Shown here: positions 52,388 through 60,310 of the stretch, one piece after another
Layout of the letters: each line of letters begins with the position of its first letter
Numbering within the stretch: position 1 is the first letter of the stretch
From: Gemmatimonadales bacterium
GTDB lineage: Bacteria; Gemmatimonadota; Gemmatimonadetes; Gemmatimonadales; GWC2-71-9
Assembly (NCBI GenBank): GCA_036555485.1
Contig: DATBLG010000004.1
Span: forward strand, 2,090-66,089
Reading direction: 5' to 3'
DNA: 64,000 nt
Made by a program: the position numbers and the translations under genes
Notes under the pieces: model-generated
What the model was told of the DNA's origin: nothing
Seen by the model: the letters and a program-made list of their open reading frames with translations, nothing else
The model's database searches: none

Positions 52388-52984
52388 ATGGCGCACACTC
52401 CCGCTCCAGCTCCGAGCCCGCCCCCCCCTCCAGCCGACGAAAAACGGTCCAGTTTCGAACGCGAAGCGCTGGTGCACCTCGACGCCATGTACCGCGTCGC
52501 CCTGCGACTCACCGCGAATCCCGCCGACGCCGAAGATCTGGTGCAGGACGCGATGCTGCGGGCCTACCGCTCCTGGGATCGCTTCACCCTCGGCACCAAC
52601 GCGAAGGGGTGGCTGCTCACCATCCTCCGCAACCTCTTCATCAATGAGTACCGCCGCCGCCGCCGGCACCCCGAAACGGTCGATCTGGACACAATCGAGC
52701 CGTTCGCGGTGTTTGAGAAAGTGCAGGAGGACCCCCAGGGGGCCTTCTTCGACCGCATCGTAGACGCGGAAGTGCTGCGCGCGGTGGACGCGCTCCCCGA
52801 GGTATTCCGGGAAGCGGTGCAGCTGTCGGACGTGGAAGGGCTGTCCTACGAAGAAATCGCCAAGGTGCTCGACGTCCCCGTCGGGACGGTGAAATCGCGG
52901 CTCTACCGGGGACGCCACATGCTGCAAACCAAGCTGTACGAGTACGCCGTGAGCATGGGATACATCAAAGGACGCACGACATGA
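52388..52984 (+). CDS. ECF (group 4) RNA polymerase sigma factor
   Basis: Region 2 DAEDLVQDAMLRAYRSWDRF..WLLTILRNLFINEYRRR. Region 4 VQLSDVEGLSYEEIAKVLDVPVGTVKSRLYRGR. Confidence 0.9.
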   Translation: MAHTPAPAPSPPPPPADEKRSSFEREALVHLDAMYRVALRLTANPADAEDLVQDAMLRAYRSWDRFTLGTNAKGWLLTILRNLFINEYRRRRRHPETVDLDTIEPFAVFEKVQEDPQGAFFDRIVDAEVLRAVDALPEVFREAVQLSDVEGLSYEEIAKVLDVPVGTVKSRLYRGRHMLQTKLYEYAVSMGYIKGRTT

Positions 52985-53205
52985 ATTGCCGGGAGTGCGT
53001 GGAACACCTCTACGAATACCTGGATCGGGAGATGACCCCGGACCTGGAGCGGGAGATCCGCGCCCACCTGGCCCACTGCCCGCCGTGCGGCGAGCACCAC
53101 GACTTCGAGGCGCTGTTCCTCAAGTTCCTCCACGCCCGCTGTACCACGCAGGGGGCGCCGCCGGTCTTGCGGCGCCGCATCCTCGAGCAGCTGTTCGACG
53201 AGTGA
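52981..53205 (+). CDS. Zinc-binding anti-sigma factor (ZAS, RsrA-like, soluble)
   Basis: 74 aa; C-x2-C..H-x3-C-x2-C (MNCRECVEH...AHLAHCPPCGEHH). ATGA overlap with the sigma gene. Confidence 0.8.
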   Translation: MNCRECVEHLYEYLDREMTPDLEREIRAHLAHCPPCGEHHDFEALFLKFLHARCTTQGAPPVLRRRILEQLFDE

Positions 53206-53888
53206 GGTGGCTCACCCCGGGCGGTGTAGCCGCCGCCCTCATGGTGGGGGGAGCCGTGTGGTGGGGACTCGGGTGGGGCGGCCTGGCGCCTCTGTTCGCT
53301 TTCCTTGTTACTGGCAGCCTCCTGACGCGCCTCGCCGAAGGCGGAGCCGGCCCCCGGACCGCGCGGCAGGTGTTGGCGAACGGTGCGGTGGCAGCGTGTG
53401 CCGCCCTCCTCGGTTCCTGGCCGGCAGCCGCCGGGGCGATCGCCGCGGCCACCGCGGACACCTGGGCCACAGAAATCGGATCCTTCTCCCCCCGTCCCCC
53501 TCGGCTCATCACCACCGGAGCGCGAGTGCCCCGCGGGCGGTCAGGGGGTATGACCCTGCTCGGCACGCTCGGCGGGATCGGGGGCGCGTTCGTCATCGCC
53601 ACGATATCGGCACTCGTGGCCCCCCGACTGCGGGGGCCCGGCGTATGGGTTGTGGGCGCGGCCGGGTGCGTCGGGATGCTGATCGACTCGCTGGCTGGCG
53701 CGACGTTGCAGGCAGCCTACCGGTGCCCCGCGCCAGGGTGCGGCGCGGTCACGGAGCGGCCCGGGCAGTGCCACGGGACAGTCGAGCTGGAACGAGGAGT
53801 GCGATGGCTGAACAACGACGGCGTGAATCTGGTGGGATCCCTGAGCGGCGCATTCGCGGCGGCCGTGGGATCCTCGCTCCCGTCCTAG
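53202..53888 (+). CDS. DUF92/TMEM19-family integral membrane protein (family of plant VTE6 phytyl-phosphate kinase)
   Basis: Multi-TM and Gly-rich (LLGTLGGIGGAFV), with RWLNNDGVNLVGSLSGA near the C-terminus. GTG at 53202 overlaps the anti-sigma stop (GTGA). Confidence 0.65.
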   Translation: MRWLTPGGVAAALMVGGAVWWGLGWGGLAPLFAFLVTGSLLTRLAEGGAGPRTARQVLANGAVAACAALLGSWPAAAGAIAAATADTWATEIGSFSPRPPRLITTGARVPRGRSGGMTLLGTLGGIGGAFVIATISALVAPRLRGPGVWVVGAAGCVGMLIDSLAGATLQAAYRCPAPGCGAVTERPGQCHGTVELERGVRWLNNDGVNLVGSLSGAFAAAVGSSLPS

Positions 53889-53922
53889 CCTTCGTGTTCA
53901 CCCGCCTCGGCTGAGCGCCGCC

Positions 53923-55161
53923 GTGCCGGCGCGTTGGGATGCCATCGTCGTCGGGGCGGGACCGGCCGGTTCCGCGACGGCGCTGCAGCTCGCGCGGGCG
54001 GGCGCGCGTGTCCTGCTCCTCGACCGCGCCCGGTTTCCCCGCGACAAGCCCTGCTCGGAGTATCTCAGCCCCGCTGCCACGCCGCTGCTCGAGCGACTCG
54101 ATGGCGCGCTGGTCGCCGCCGTGGAACGGGCCGCGCCGGGCCGGTTGTATGGGATGCGCGTCGTTGCCCCCGACGGGAACGCTGCCGACGGTCGCTTTGC
54201 CGCCGCCCATCGGTTCGCGAGTCCGCAACCCTACGGCTATGCGTTGCCGCGCACCGTGCTCGACAGCCTGCTCGTGCACGCCGCCCTGCGAGCCGGTGCG
54301 GTTATGGAGGAAGGCGTGCCGGTGGAGGAATTGCTGTACGACCAGGGGGCGGTGGGTGGTGTGGTGGCGCGCGGCGCCGCCGGCGGACGGCCGGCGCTGC
54401 GGGCGCGCGTGGTCGTGGGCGCCGACGGCCTGCGCTCCGTGGTCGCCCGGCGGCTCGGGCTGCGGCGCGCTTCGCGGCCGGAACGCATCGCGTTTTCGGC
54501 GCACTTCACGGGCGTCGGGGGCATGGGCGACGCGGGGGAGATGCACATCGGTTCCCCCGGGTACGTGGGCCTTGGGCCGATCGGCAACGGCGTGACGACG
54601 GTCGCGCTGGTCCTGCCCCGGGCGGTGGCGCGAGCGCGCGCCGCCGCGCTCCGGCAGGATGGCCTCGTGACGGAGCTGGAGCGGTTTCCCCGGCTGCGCG
54701 GCCGGTTCGCCGCCGCCCGCGAGGTGCGGGCGCTGCTCGTCACCGGGCCGTTCGCGCAGTGGTCGCGCCACGCGGTGGCTCCCGAGGGCGGGGCGTTGCT
54801 GGTCGGCGACGCGGCCGATTTTTTCGATCCGTTTACCGGCCAGGGACTGTACGCCGCGTTGCGTGGCGCGGAGCTCGCGGCGGCGACTTTGATCGCGGCG
54901 CTCGCCGCGGAGGGCGGCGGTCCGCTCCGGGCGGCGGCGCTGTCCCCCTACTCGGCGGCGCGGCGGCGCGCGTTCGTCGGCAAATGGGTGCTCGAGCGTC
55001 TCATCGGATGCGGCGTGGGCTGGCCGTGGCTCGCACGGCGCGTCGTGGCTCGGCTGGCGCGGCGCCCCGCCCTGGCGGATCTTGTGGTCGGGGCGACCGG
55101 CAACTTCGTGCCGGCCCGCGCGGTGCTCGCGCCGTCCACCCTTCTCCGGTTGCTCGTGTGA
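53923..55161 (+). CDS. Geranylgeranyl reductase-family FAD-dependent oxidoreductase
   Basis: WDAIVVGAGPAGSATALQLARAGARVLLLDRARFPRDKPCSEYL (dinucleotide fold plus DKPC motif). GTG start at 53923. Confidence 0.8.
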   Translation: MPARWDAIVVGAGPAGSATALQLARAGARVLLLDRARFPRDKPCSEYLSPAATPLLERLDGALVAAVERAAPGRLYGMRVVAPDGNAADGRFAAAHRFASPQPYGYALPRTVLDSLLVHAALRAGAVMEEGVPVEELLYDQGAVGGVVARGAAGGRPALRARVVVGADGLRSVVARRLGLRRASRPERIAFSAHFTGVGGMGDAGEMHIGSPGYVGLGPIGNGVTTVALVLPRAVARARAAALRQDGLVTELERFPRLRGRFAAAREVRALLVTGPFAQWSRHAVAPEGGALLVGDAADFFDPFTGQGLYAALRGAELAAATLIAALAAEGGGPLRAAALSPYSAARRRAFVGKWVLERLIGCGVGWPWLARRVVARLARRPALADLVVGATGNFVPARAVLAPSTLLRLLV

Positions 55162-55643
55162 GCGTGTCGGGCGTCGATCCCGCGCAGTTCCGCCAGCTGC
55201 TCGGTCGTTTCGCCACCGGCGTCAGCGTGGTGACGGCGCGCGCGGTTGACGGCCAACCGCTCGGGATGACCGCGAGCTCCCTCGCCTCGGTGTCGCTCGA
55301 TCCGCCGCTGTTGCTCGTCTCGGTGGACCGGGTCAACGAGATGCACCACACGCTCGAGACGGTGCCGCACTTCGTTGTCAATGTGCTCGCGGCCGACCAG
55401 GAGGCATTGTCGCGAAGGTTTGCGGCGGTCGACGAGAACCGCTTCGACGGCGTGAGGTACCGGGAAAGCCGCCACGGCGTGCCGTTGCTCGACGGCGCCC
55501 TGGCCTACATCGAATGCGTCCGGCATGCGTCCGTTCCGGGCGGCGACCACACGGTGTTTTTCGGCCTGGTCACAGGCGGGACGGTGACGGATCGCCGGCC
55601 GCTGCTGTACTATCGGGGTGGGTATGCGAGTCTGGGGGGATAG
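55158..55643 (+). CDS. Flavin reductase-like (HpaC/NAD(P)H-flavin oxidoreductase family)
   Basis: FRQLLGRFATGVSVVTA..GMTASSLASVSLDPPLLLVSV..YYRGGY. GTG at 55158 overlaps the upstream TGA (GTGA). The track shows it only as the tail of an artefactual 569-aa frame. Confidence 0.8.
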   Translation: MSVSGVDPAQFRQLLGRFATGVSVVTARAVDGQPLGMTASSLASVSLDPPLLLVSVDRVNEMHHTLETVPHFVVNVLAADQEALSRRFAAVDENRFDGVRYRESRHGVPLLDGALAYIECVRHASVPGGDHTVFFGLVTGGTVTDRRPLLYYRGGYASLGG

Positions 55644-55647
55644 TAGA

Positions 55648-55706
55648 GTTGTCAGTTTTCAGTTTTCAGTTGTCAGCTGATCACTGAGAACTGACGACTG
55701 ACGACT
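55648..55706. repeat. Hairpin built from tandem heptamers
   Basis: Left arm GTCAGTT TTCAGTT TTCAGTT GTCAGCT (55651-78). Right arm ACTGAGA ACTGACG ACTGACG (55683-703). By hand-folding, 17 Watson-Crick pairs and 2 G-U pairs in 22 stem positions. It lies between the flavin reductase stop and the SRPBCC start. Confidence 0.55.
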
Positions 55707-55714
55707 ATCGTATC

Positions 55715-56182
55715 ATGCGAACCGTCGACCGCGTTTTGATCCGCGCTCCCCTCGACCGCGTCTTCGCGCTGGCCCGCGACGTCGAACGCTGGCCCGAGCT
55801 GCTGCCGCACTACCGCTGGGTGCGGATGCTCGAGCGCCGCCCCGACGGCGGACGGGTGGAGATGGCGGCGTGGCGACCGTTCGGCCCGCCGCCGCTGCGC
55901 TACCCCACCTGGTGGGTGTCGGAAATGCACGTCGAGCCCGCGGCCGCGACGATCCGCTATCGACACGTCGCGGGGATCACGACGGGCATGGATGTGCGCT
56001 GGAACATGCGGGACGCGGGCGACGGCGGAGGCATCGCGGTGGAGATCGTACATGAGTGGGCCGGTCCGGCCTGGCCGATCGTCGGGCGGATCGCCGCCGA
56101 GGTGGTGATCGGACCGGTGTTCGTGCACGGGATCGCGTCGCGCACGCTCGCCGGCATTCGGCGCCACGCGGAGGCGGCTTGA
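55715..56182 (+). CDS. SRPBCC-superfamily protein (polyketide cyclase/dehydrase or lipid-binding START-like)
   Basis: MRTVDRVLIRAPLDRVFALARDVERWPELLPHYRWV is a typical SRPBCC N-terminus. 155 aa. Confidence 0.7.
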   Translation: MRTVDRVLIRAPLDRVFALARDVERWPELLPHYRWVRMLERRPDGGRVEMAAWRPFGPPPLRYPTWWVSEMHVEPAAATIRYRHVAGITTGMDVRWNMRDAGDGGGIAVEIVHEWAGPAWPIVGRIAAEVVIGPVFVHGIASRTLAGIRRHAEAA

Positions 56183-57420
56183 GCGCGGGGCGGCGCGTGG
56201 TCATCACCGGCGTCGGCGCCGTGACGCCGATCGGGACGGCCGCCGACGGATTGTGGGCGGGGCTCGAGGGTCGCCGCTCCGCGGTGCGCACCCTCACGCG
56301 CTTCGATCCCAGCCCGTTCCGCAGCAAGATCGCCGCGGAGATTCCCGATTTTCGCCCCCAGGACTTTCTCGACACGAAGCGCGCAAAGCGGCTGGATCGT
56401 TTTTCCCAGTTGGCCGTGACGAGCGCCCGGCTCGCATTGCAGGACGGCGCTCTCGATCCGGCGCGCGAGGATCCCGATCGGGTGGGCGCGATGATGGGCT
56501 CCGCCCTGGGAGGCGTCGCCTTTGCGGAGTCGCAGGTCGGCAACTATCTGCGGGAGGGGCCGCGCGGCCTCGATGCCTCACTCGCGCTCGCGGTGTTCCC
56601 CGGCGCGGCGAGCTGCAATATCGCCATCGAGTTTGGATTCACGGGCCCCAATGCCACCAATGCGATGAGCTGCGCGTCCGGGACCATCGCCGTGGGCGAA
56701 GCGTTCCACGCCGTGCGGGACGCGCGGGCGGATGTGATGATCGCGGGTGGCGCGGAAGCGCCGCTCGCGCCGCTCACGTTCGCCGCCTTCAGCAACATCC
56801 GGGCGATGAGCACCCGCAATGACGATCCCGCCACGGCCTCGCGGCCGTTCGACGTGGCGCGGGACGGCTTCGTGATGGGCGAGGGAGCGGCTGTCGTGGT
56901 GCTCGAGGAGCGCGGGCGGGCGCTGGCGCGCGGCGCCCAGATCTACGGTGAAATCGTGGGGTACGGCTGCACCAACGACGCCTACCACATGACCGCCCCG
57001 CGCCCCGACGGCCGCCAGGCGGCGCGGGCCATGCAGCTCGCGCTCGCGGACGGCGACGTGGTGCCGGCAGAGGTCGGCTACGTCAACGCCCACGGTTCTT
57101 CCACTCCGCTCAACGATTCCACCGAGACCCTCGCGATCAAACAGGTGTTCGGGGAACACGCATATCGGTTGGCGGTGAGCGGCACCAAGGGCTACTACGG
57201 GCACGCGCTGGGCGCGAGCGGGGCGATCGAGCTGGCGATCTGCGCCTTGTCACTGGCGCGCGGCTGGTTGCCGCCGACCATCAACCTGTCCAAGCCTGAC
57301 CCCGCCTGCGATCTCGATTGTCTCCCCGGACAGGGACGCGACGCCCAGCCCGATGTGGTTCTCAGCAACTCGTTCGGGTTCGGCGGCGTCAACGCCACCC
57401 TGGTGTTGCGGCGCGCCTGA
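56179..57420 (+). CDS. Beta-ketoacyl-ACP synthase II-like (FabF family)
   Basis: RVVITGVGAVTPIG, active-site ..NAMSCASG.., ..NAHGSSTPLND.., GHALGASG and NSFGFGGVNATLV. The probable TTG start at 56179 overlaps the SRPBCC stop. Confidence 0.85.
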   Translation: MSAGRRVVITGVGAVTPIGTAADGLWAGLEGRRSAVRTLTRFDPSPFRSKIAAEIPDFRPQDFLDTKRAKRLDRFSQLAVTSARLALQDGALDPAREDPDRVGAMMGSALGGVAFAESQVGNYLREGPRGLDASLALAVFPGAASCNIAIEFGFTGPNATNAMSCASGTIAVGEAFHAVRDARADVMIAGGAEAPLAPLTFAAFSNIRAMSTRNDDPATASRPFDVARDGFVMGEGAAVVVLEERGRALARGAQIYGEIVGYGCTNDAYHMTAPRPDGRQAARAMQLALADGDVVPAEVGYVNAHGSSTPLNDSTETLAIKQVFGEHAYRLAVSGTKGYYGHALGASGAIELAICALSLARGWLPPTINLSKPDPACDLDCLPGQGRDAQPDVVLSNSFGFGGVNATLVLRRA

Positions 57421-57468
57421 CTTCACCGGTAGATTGGCGGCCCGCATCCCTATTCGGAGGAATCCTCG

Positions 57469-58143
57469 GTGAATGCCACGTTTCGGCCGCTGCTCGCGGA
57501 GTTTCTCGGCACGGCCCTGTTCGTTTTCATCGGCACCGCCAGCATCGTCGCCAACGCGATGACCGCGGGCGGCGTCTCGAGCCTCGGCATCGCGGCGGCG
57601 CACGGCGTCGGCATGGCGGTGCTGATCAGTTCGCTCATGAGCGTCTCCGGCGCCCACTTCAACCCAGCGGTGAGCGTGGGACTGCTCGTCGCCGGGAAGA
57701 TCGACGGCCGGACCTGCGCTCGGTACGTCGGCGCGCAGCTGGTTGGGGCGGTCGCCGGTGCGGCGCTCCTCAAGGCCTTGTTCTCGGCCCCAGCCGTGGC
57801 GGCCGTATCCGCCGGGACGCCGCAGCTGTCGGCGAACATCGGCTTCGTCCAGGCGATCGGGATCGAGGCGGTGTTCACGTTCATCCTCGTTTCCGCGGTG
57901 TTCGGCACCGCCGTATCGAGTCAGGCGCCGAAGATCGGCGGATTTGGAATTGGTCTCGCGATCTTCGTGGCAGCCGTCGTGGCGGGCGGGCTCACGGGCG
58001 CCGCGCTCAATCCCGCGCGGGCGTTCGGCCCGGCGCTCGTCGCCTGGACGTGGCACTCGCAGGCGGTGTATTGGGTCGGTCCGATCGTTGGCGGAGTGGC
58101 GGCGGGGTGGGTTTGGAAAGCGTTCTTACTACCAAAGGCGTAG
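57469..58143 (+). CDS. aqpZ: Aquaporin (MIP family)
   Basis: Two NPA boxes (HFNPAVSVG, ALNPARAFGP). 224 aa. GTG start with GGAGG 8 nt upstream. Confidence 0.88.
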   Translation: MNATFRPLLAEFLGTALFVFIGTASIVANAMTAGGVSSLGIAAAHGVGMAVLISSLMSVSGAHFNPAVSVGLLVAGKIDGRTCARYVGAQLVGAVAGAALLKALFSAPAVAAVSAGTPQLSANIGFVQAIGIEAVFTFILVSAVFGTAVSSQAPKIGGFGIGLAIFVAAVVAGGLTGAALNPARAFGPALVAWTWHSQAVYWVGPIVGGVAAGWVWKAFLLPKA

Positions 58144-58277
58144 GGAGAAACTACCAAAGGCGTAGGGAGATGGGCGTAGAGTCGAAAGGCGTAGGGAAGA
58201 GGCGTAGGCACAGCGGTTAGCTGTCACGATTCCTCCTTACGTCTTTCTACGGTACGCTTCTTCCTTACGATTCCCTC
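58128..58277. repeat. Decamer-repeat hairpin element that includes a 22-bp duplication of the aqpZ 3' end
   Basis: ACTACCAAAGGCGTAGGGAGA occurs at 58128-48 and 58150-70. GGCGTAGGGA-like units start at 58137, 58159, 58173, 58188 and 58201. The apex is ACAGC-GGTTA-GCTGT (58210-24). The pyrimidine-rich arm carries CCTTACG units (58231-77). Confidence 0.55.
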
Positions 58278-58283
58278 TTGCGG

Positions 58284-58859
58284 ATGCTCAACTCCGTTCG
58301 CTTGACGATTGCCGGTTTCGCCTTCCGCCGGGCAGCATCTGCCTCCCCGCGCGGCGCGGTTCGCTGGCATCGCTTGGCATGCAACATCGCGCCGGCTCTC
58401 GTCCCCTCCTACCGCGCCCTGATGGACCTGCTGCGCGACCAGGAAGATCGCTGGGCCGCGCGCGCCGTCGCCCAGGAAGCGGCGGAGCGGTTCCCGGAAA
58501 ACTCGGACGCCTGGATGTTGCTCGCGTTGGGCTGGCAACTCGTGTACCGCCAGCAGGAGGCCCTGGCGGCCTTCGAGCAGGCGCTCGCGCTTGCCGAGCG
58601 GCCGGACGCGGCGCTCGAGGCGGGAACGATTTATGAACGCTTCGGGCAGCACGCCGACGCGGCGGAACGATTCGCGCGCGCGTACGCGGCGGGCGGAGGC
58701 CCCGAAGCCCTGCGCCACAACGCCGAGGCACTGTTCCACGCGGGCGACGAAGTCGCGGCGGAGCAGGCTCTCAGCCTATGGGCGACGCAGGTCCCGGAGG
58801 GGTTGGAACGGCTGCCGGCGATCCGGGCAGAACTGAAAGCGGGACGCCGCGCGAGTTAG
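58284..58859 (+). CDS. TPR-like repeat protein
   Basis: GC3-rich frame with helical repeats (AWMLLALGWQLVYRQQEALAAFEQALALAERPDAALEAGTIYERFGQHADAAERFARAY). The start is uncertain (TTG 58278, ATG 58284 or a later ATG). Confidence 0.5.
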   Translation: MLNSVRLTIAGFAFRRAASASPRGAVRWHRLACNIAPALVPSYRALMDLLRDQEDRWAARAVAQEAAERFPENSDAWMLLALGWQLVYRQQEALAAFEQALALAERPDAALEAGTIYERFGQHADAAERFARAYAAGGGPEALRHNAEALFHAGDEVAAEQALSLWATQVPEGLERLPAIRAELKAGRRAS

Positions 58860-58978
58860 GAATCGCGCGAGCCGCGGGTGCGGCGCACGAGGGCGATCGC
58901 GTATCCCAGCAGGATCACCGCGGTCACGACATACGCGGCGACCATGAAGGACGCGTTCTGCGGGATGGCCTCAGACAT
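58856..58978 (-). CDS. ccmD: Heme exporter protein CcmD (40 aa; not in the ORF track)
   Basis: My translation is MSEAIPQNASFMVAAYVVTAVILLGYAIALVRRTRGSRDS. It has a single TM followed by basic residues. The ATG at 58978 overlaps the ccmC stop by 8 nt. Confidence 0.6.
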   Translation of the reverse strand: MSEAIPQNASFMVAAYVVTAVILLGYAIALVRRTRGSRDS

Positions 58979-59633
58979 TCCGGGCCGCCCCACCCCCCCC
59001 GAGCGCGTAGCGCTGGATGACGAACCCGAGATACAGCAGGCTGAACACGCCGACCGACAAGAGGAGGGTGGTCACCATTTCCGGTGGCGCCGAAGGCGCG
59101 CTCGGCTTCAGCACGATCGGTTGCGGATGCAGCGTGCGGAACAGGTATACGCTCAGGTGGATGAACGGCAGCAGCACGAGGCCGCAGATCCCCACTACGG
59201 CGGCATAGCGCGCCCGCAGCGCCGGGTCGGTCACGGCGCCCCGCAGCAGCTGGTACCCGATAAAGATGAAGAACAACATCAGGGTGAGGGTCAGCCGCGC
59301 ATCCCAGGTCCACCACGTGCCCCACACCGGCTTGGCCCACAGCGGGCCGGTGGTGAGCATCACGCACGCGAACACCGTACCCACCTCCGCCGACGCGGCG
59401 GCGAACCGGTCGTAGCGCGTGTCCCGCACGAGCAGATACAGAATGCTCGCGAGGCCGACCAGCCCCATGGCCAGCATCGACGACCAGGCCGCCGGAACGT
59501 GGACGTAAAAGATCTTCTGAGCCGGCCCTTGGTGCAGCTCCACCGGGGTGAACGCCAGGGCGCGCACGTAGACGCCCCCAAGCAGCAGGAGCCCGATTCC
59601 CGTGAGCCACCGGCCGCTTTGCGCCAGCGTCAT
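58971..59633 (-). CDS. ccmC: Heme exporter / cytochrome c maturation protein CcmC
   Basis: WWD motif KPVWGTWWTWDARLT. The ATG at 59633 forms an ATGA overlap with the ccmB stop. Confidence 0.85.
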   Translation of the reverse strand: MTLAQSGRWLTGIGLLLLGGVYVRALAFTPVELHQGPAQKIFYVHVPAAWSSMLAMGLVGLASILYLLVRDTRYDRFAAASAEVGTVFACVMLTTGPLWAKPVWGTWWTWDARLTLTLMLFFIFIGYQLLRGAVTDPALRARYAAVVGICGLVLLPFIHLSVYLFRTLHPQPIVLKPSAPSAPPEMVTTLLLSVGVFSLLYLGFVIQRYALGGGGAARNV

Positions 59634-60310
59634 TCGGTCACCGTGAAGGGAAATAGCAGCGTTGCCAGCGTCACGAAGCAAACGTCGTAGGCCGCGAGCA
59701 ACCTAAACCACCCGGCGACCTCGCTCAAGGGACGCCCCGCGAACAGCGGCACCGTCACCTGGACCGCAGCGATCAACGGCGGGAGGAGGAACGGCAACAG
59801 CAGCACGGGCAGCATCAGCTCGGCGAACCGGGTGCGTACCACCATCGCGCTGAACAGTGTTCCCACGGCGATGAACCCCACGGTGGCGAGCGCCGTGACG
59901 GCCGCGAGCGGCGCCCACACCCGCCACACCGGCACGTTGAAGAACAGCATGAACAGGAGCAGCCCCGTCACCTGGACCAGCGCCACGAACACGAGATTGG
60001 CGCCCAGCTTCCCCCAGTAGAGGCTGGTGCGGCTGATCGGCGCGAGCAATAGTCCGTCGAGGGCCTGGTTTTCCAGCTCGGCTTGGAATGCCCGGTTGAG
60101 CGCCAGCATCGCCGCGAAGCTGAACGTGACCCACAGGATACTGGGCGCGAGGTTCAGCGTCGGCACGGCCGTCGGGTCGCGGCCGTGCTCGAACACGACG
60201 AGCACGAGCGCCGTGAACACCAACGCCGACGTCAGCGCCGTCCGCGAACGGAACTCGAGTCGCAGATCCTTGCGGGTCACCAGCCAGGCATGACGCAGCA
60301 GGTCAGCCAC
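59630..60310 (-). CDS. ccmB: Heme exporter permease CcmB
   Basis: 226 aa with 6 TM segments. RKDLRLEFRSRTALTSALVF is a typical N-terminus. It lies between ccmA and ccmC. Confidence 0.8.
   Translation of the reverse strand: MADLLRHAWLVTRKDLRLEFRSRTALTSALVFTALVLVVFEHGRDPTAVPTLNLAPSILWVTFSFAAMLALNRAFQAELENQALDGLLLAPISRTSLYWGKLGANLVFVALVQVTGLLLFMLFFNVPVWRVWAPLAAVTALATVGFIAVGTLFSAMVVRTRFAELMLPVLLLPFLLPPLIAAVQVTVPLFAGRPLSEVAGWFRLLAAYDVCFVTLATLLFPFTVTE

Noticed and set aside
52986-53201. The upstream part of the 300-aa ORF 52986..53888
   Set aside because: This part overlaps the anti-sigma gene in another frame and is Pro/Arg/Gly-rich. The membrane protein starts plausibly at the GTG at 53202, which overlaps the anti-sigma stop.
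55651-55703. Tandem short repeats considered as a mini-CRISPR or VNTR locus
   Set aside because: The units are only 7 nt long with no spacers. The two blocks are mutually complementary, so they form a hairpin. No cas genes are present. This is not a CRISPR array.
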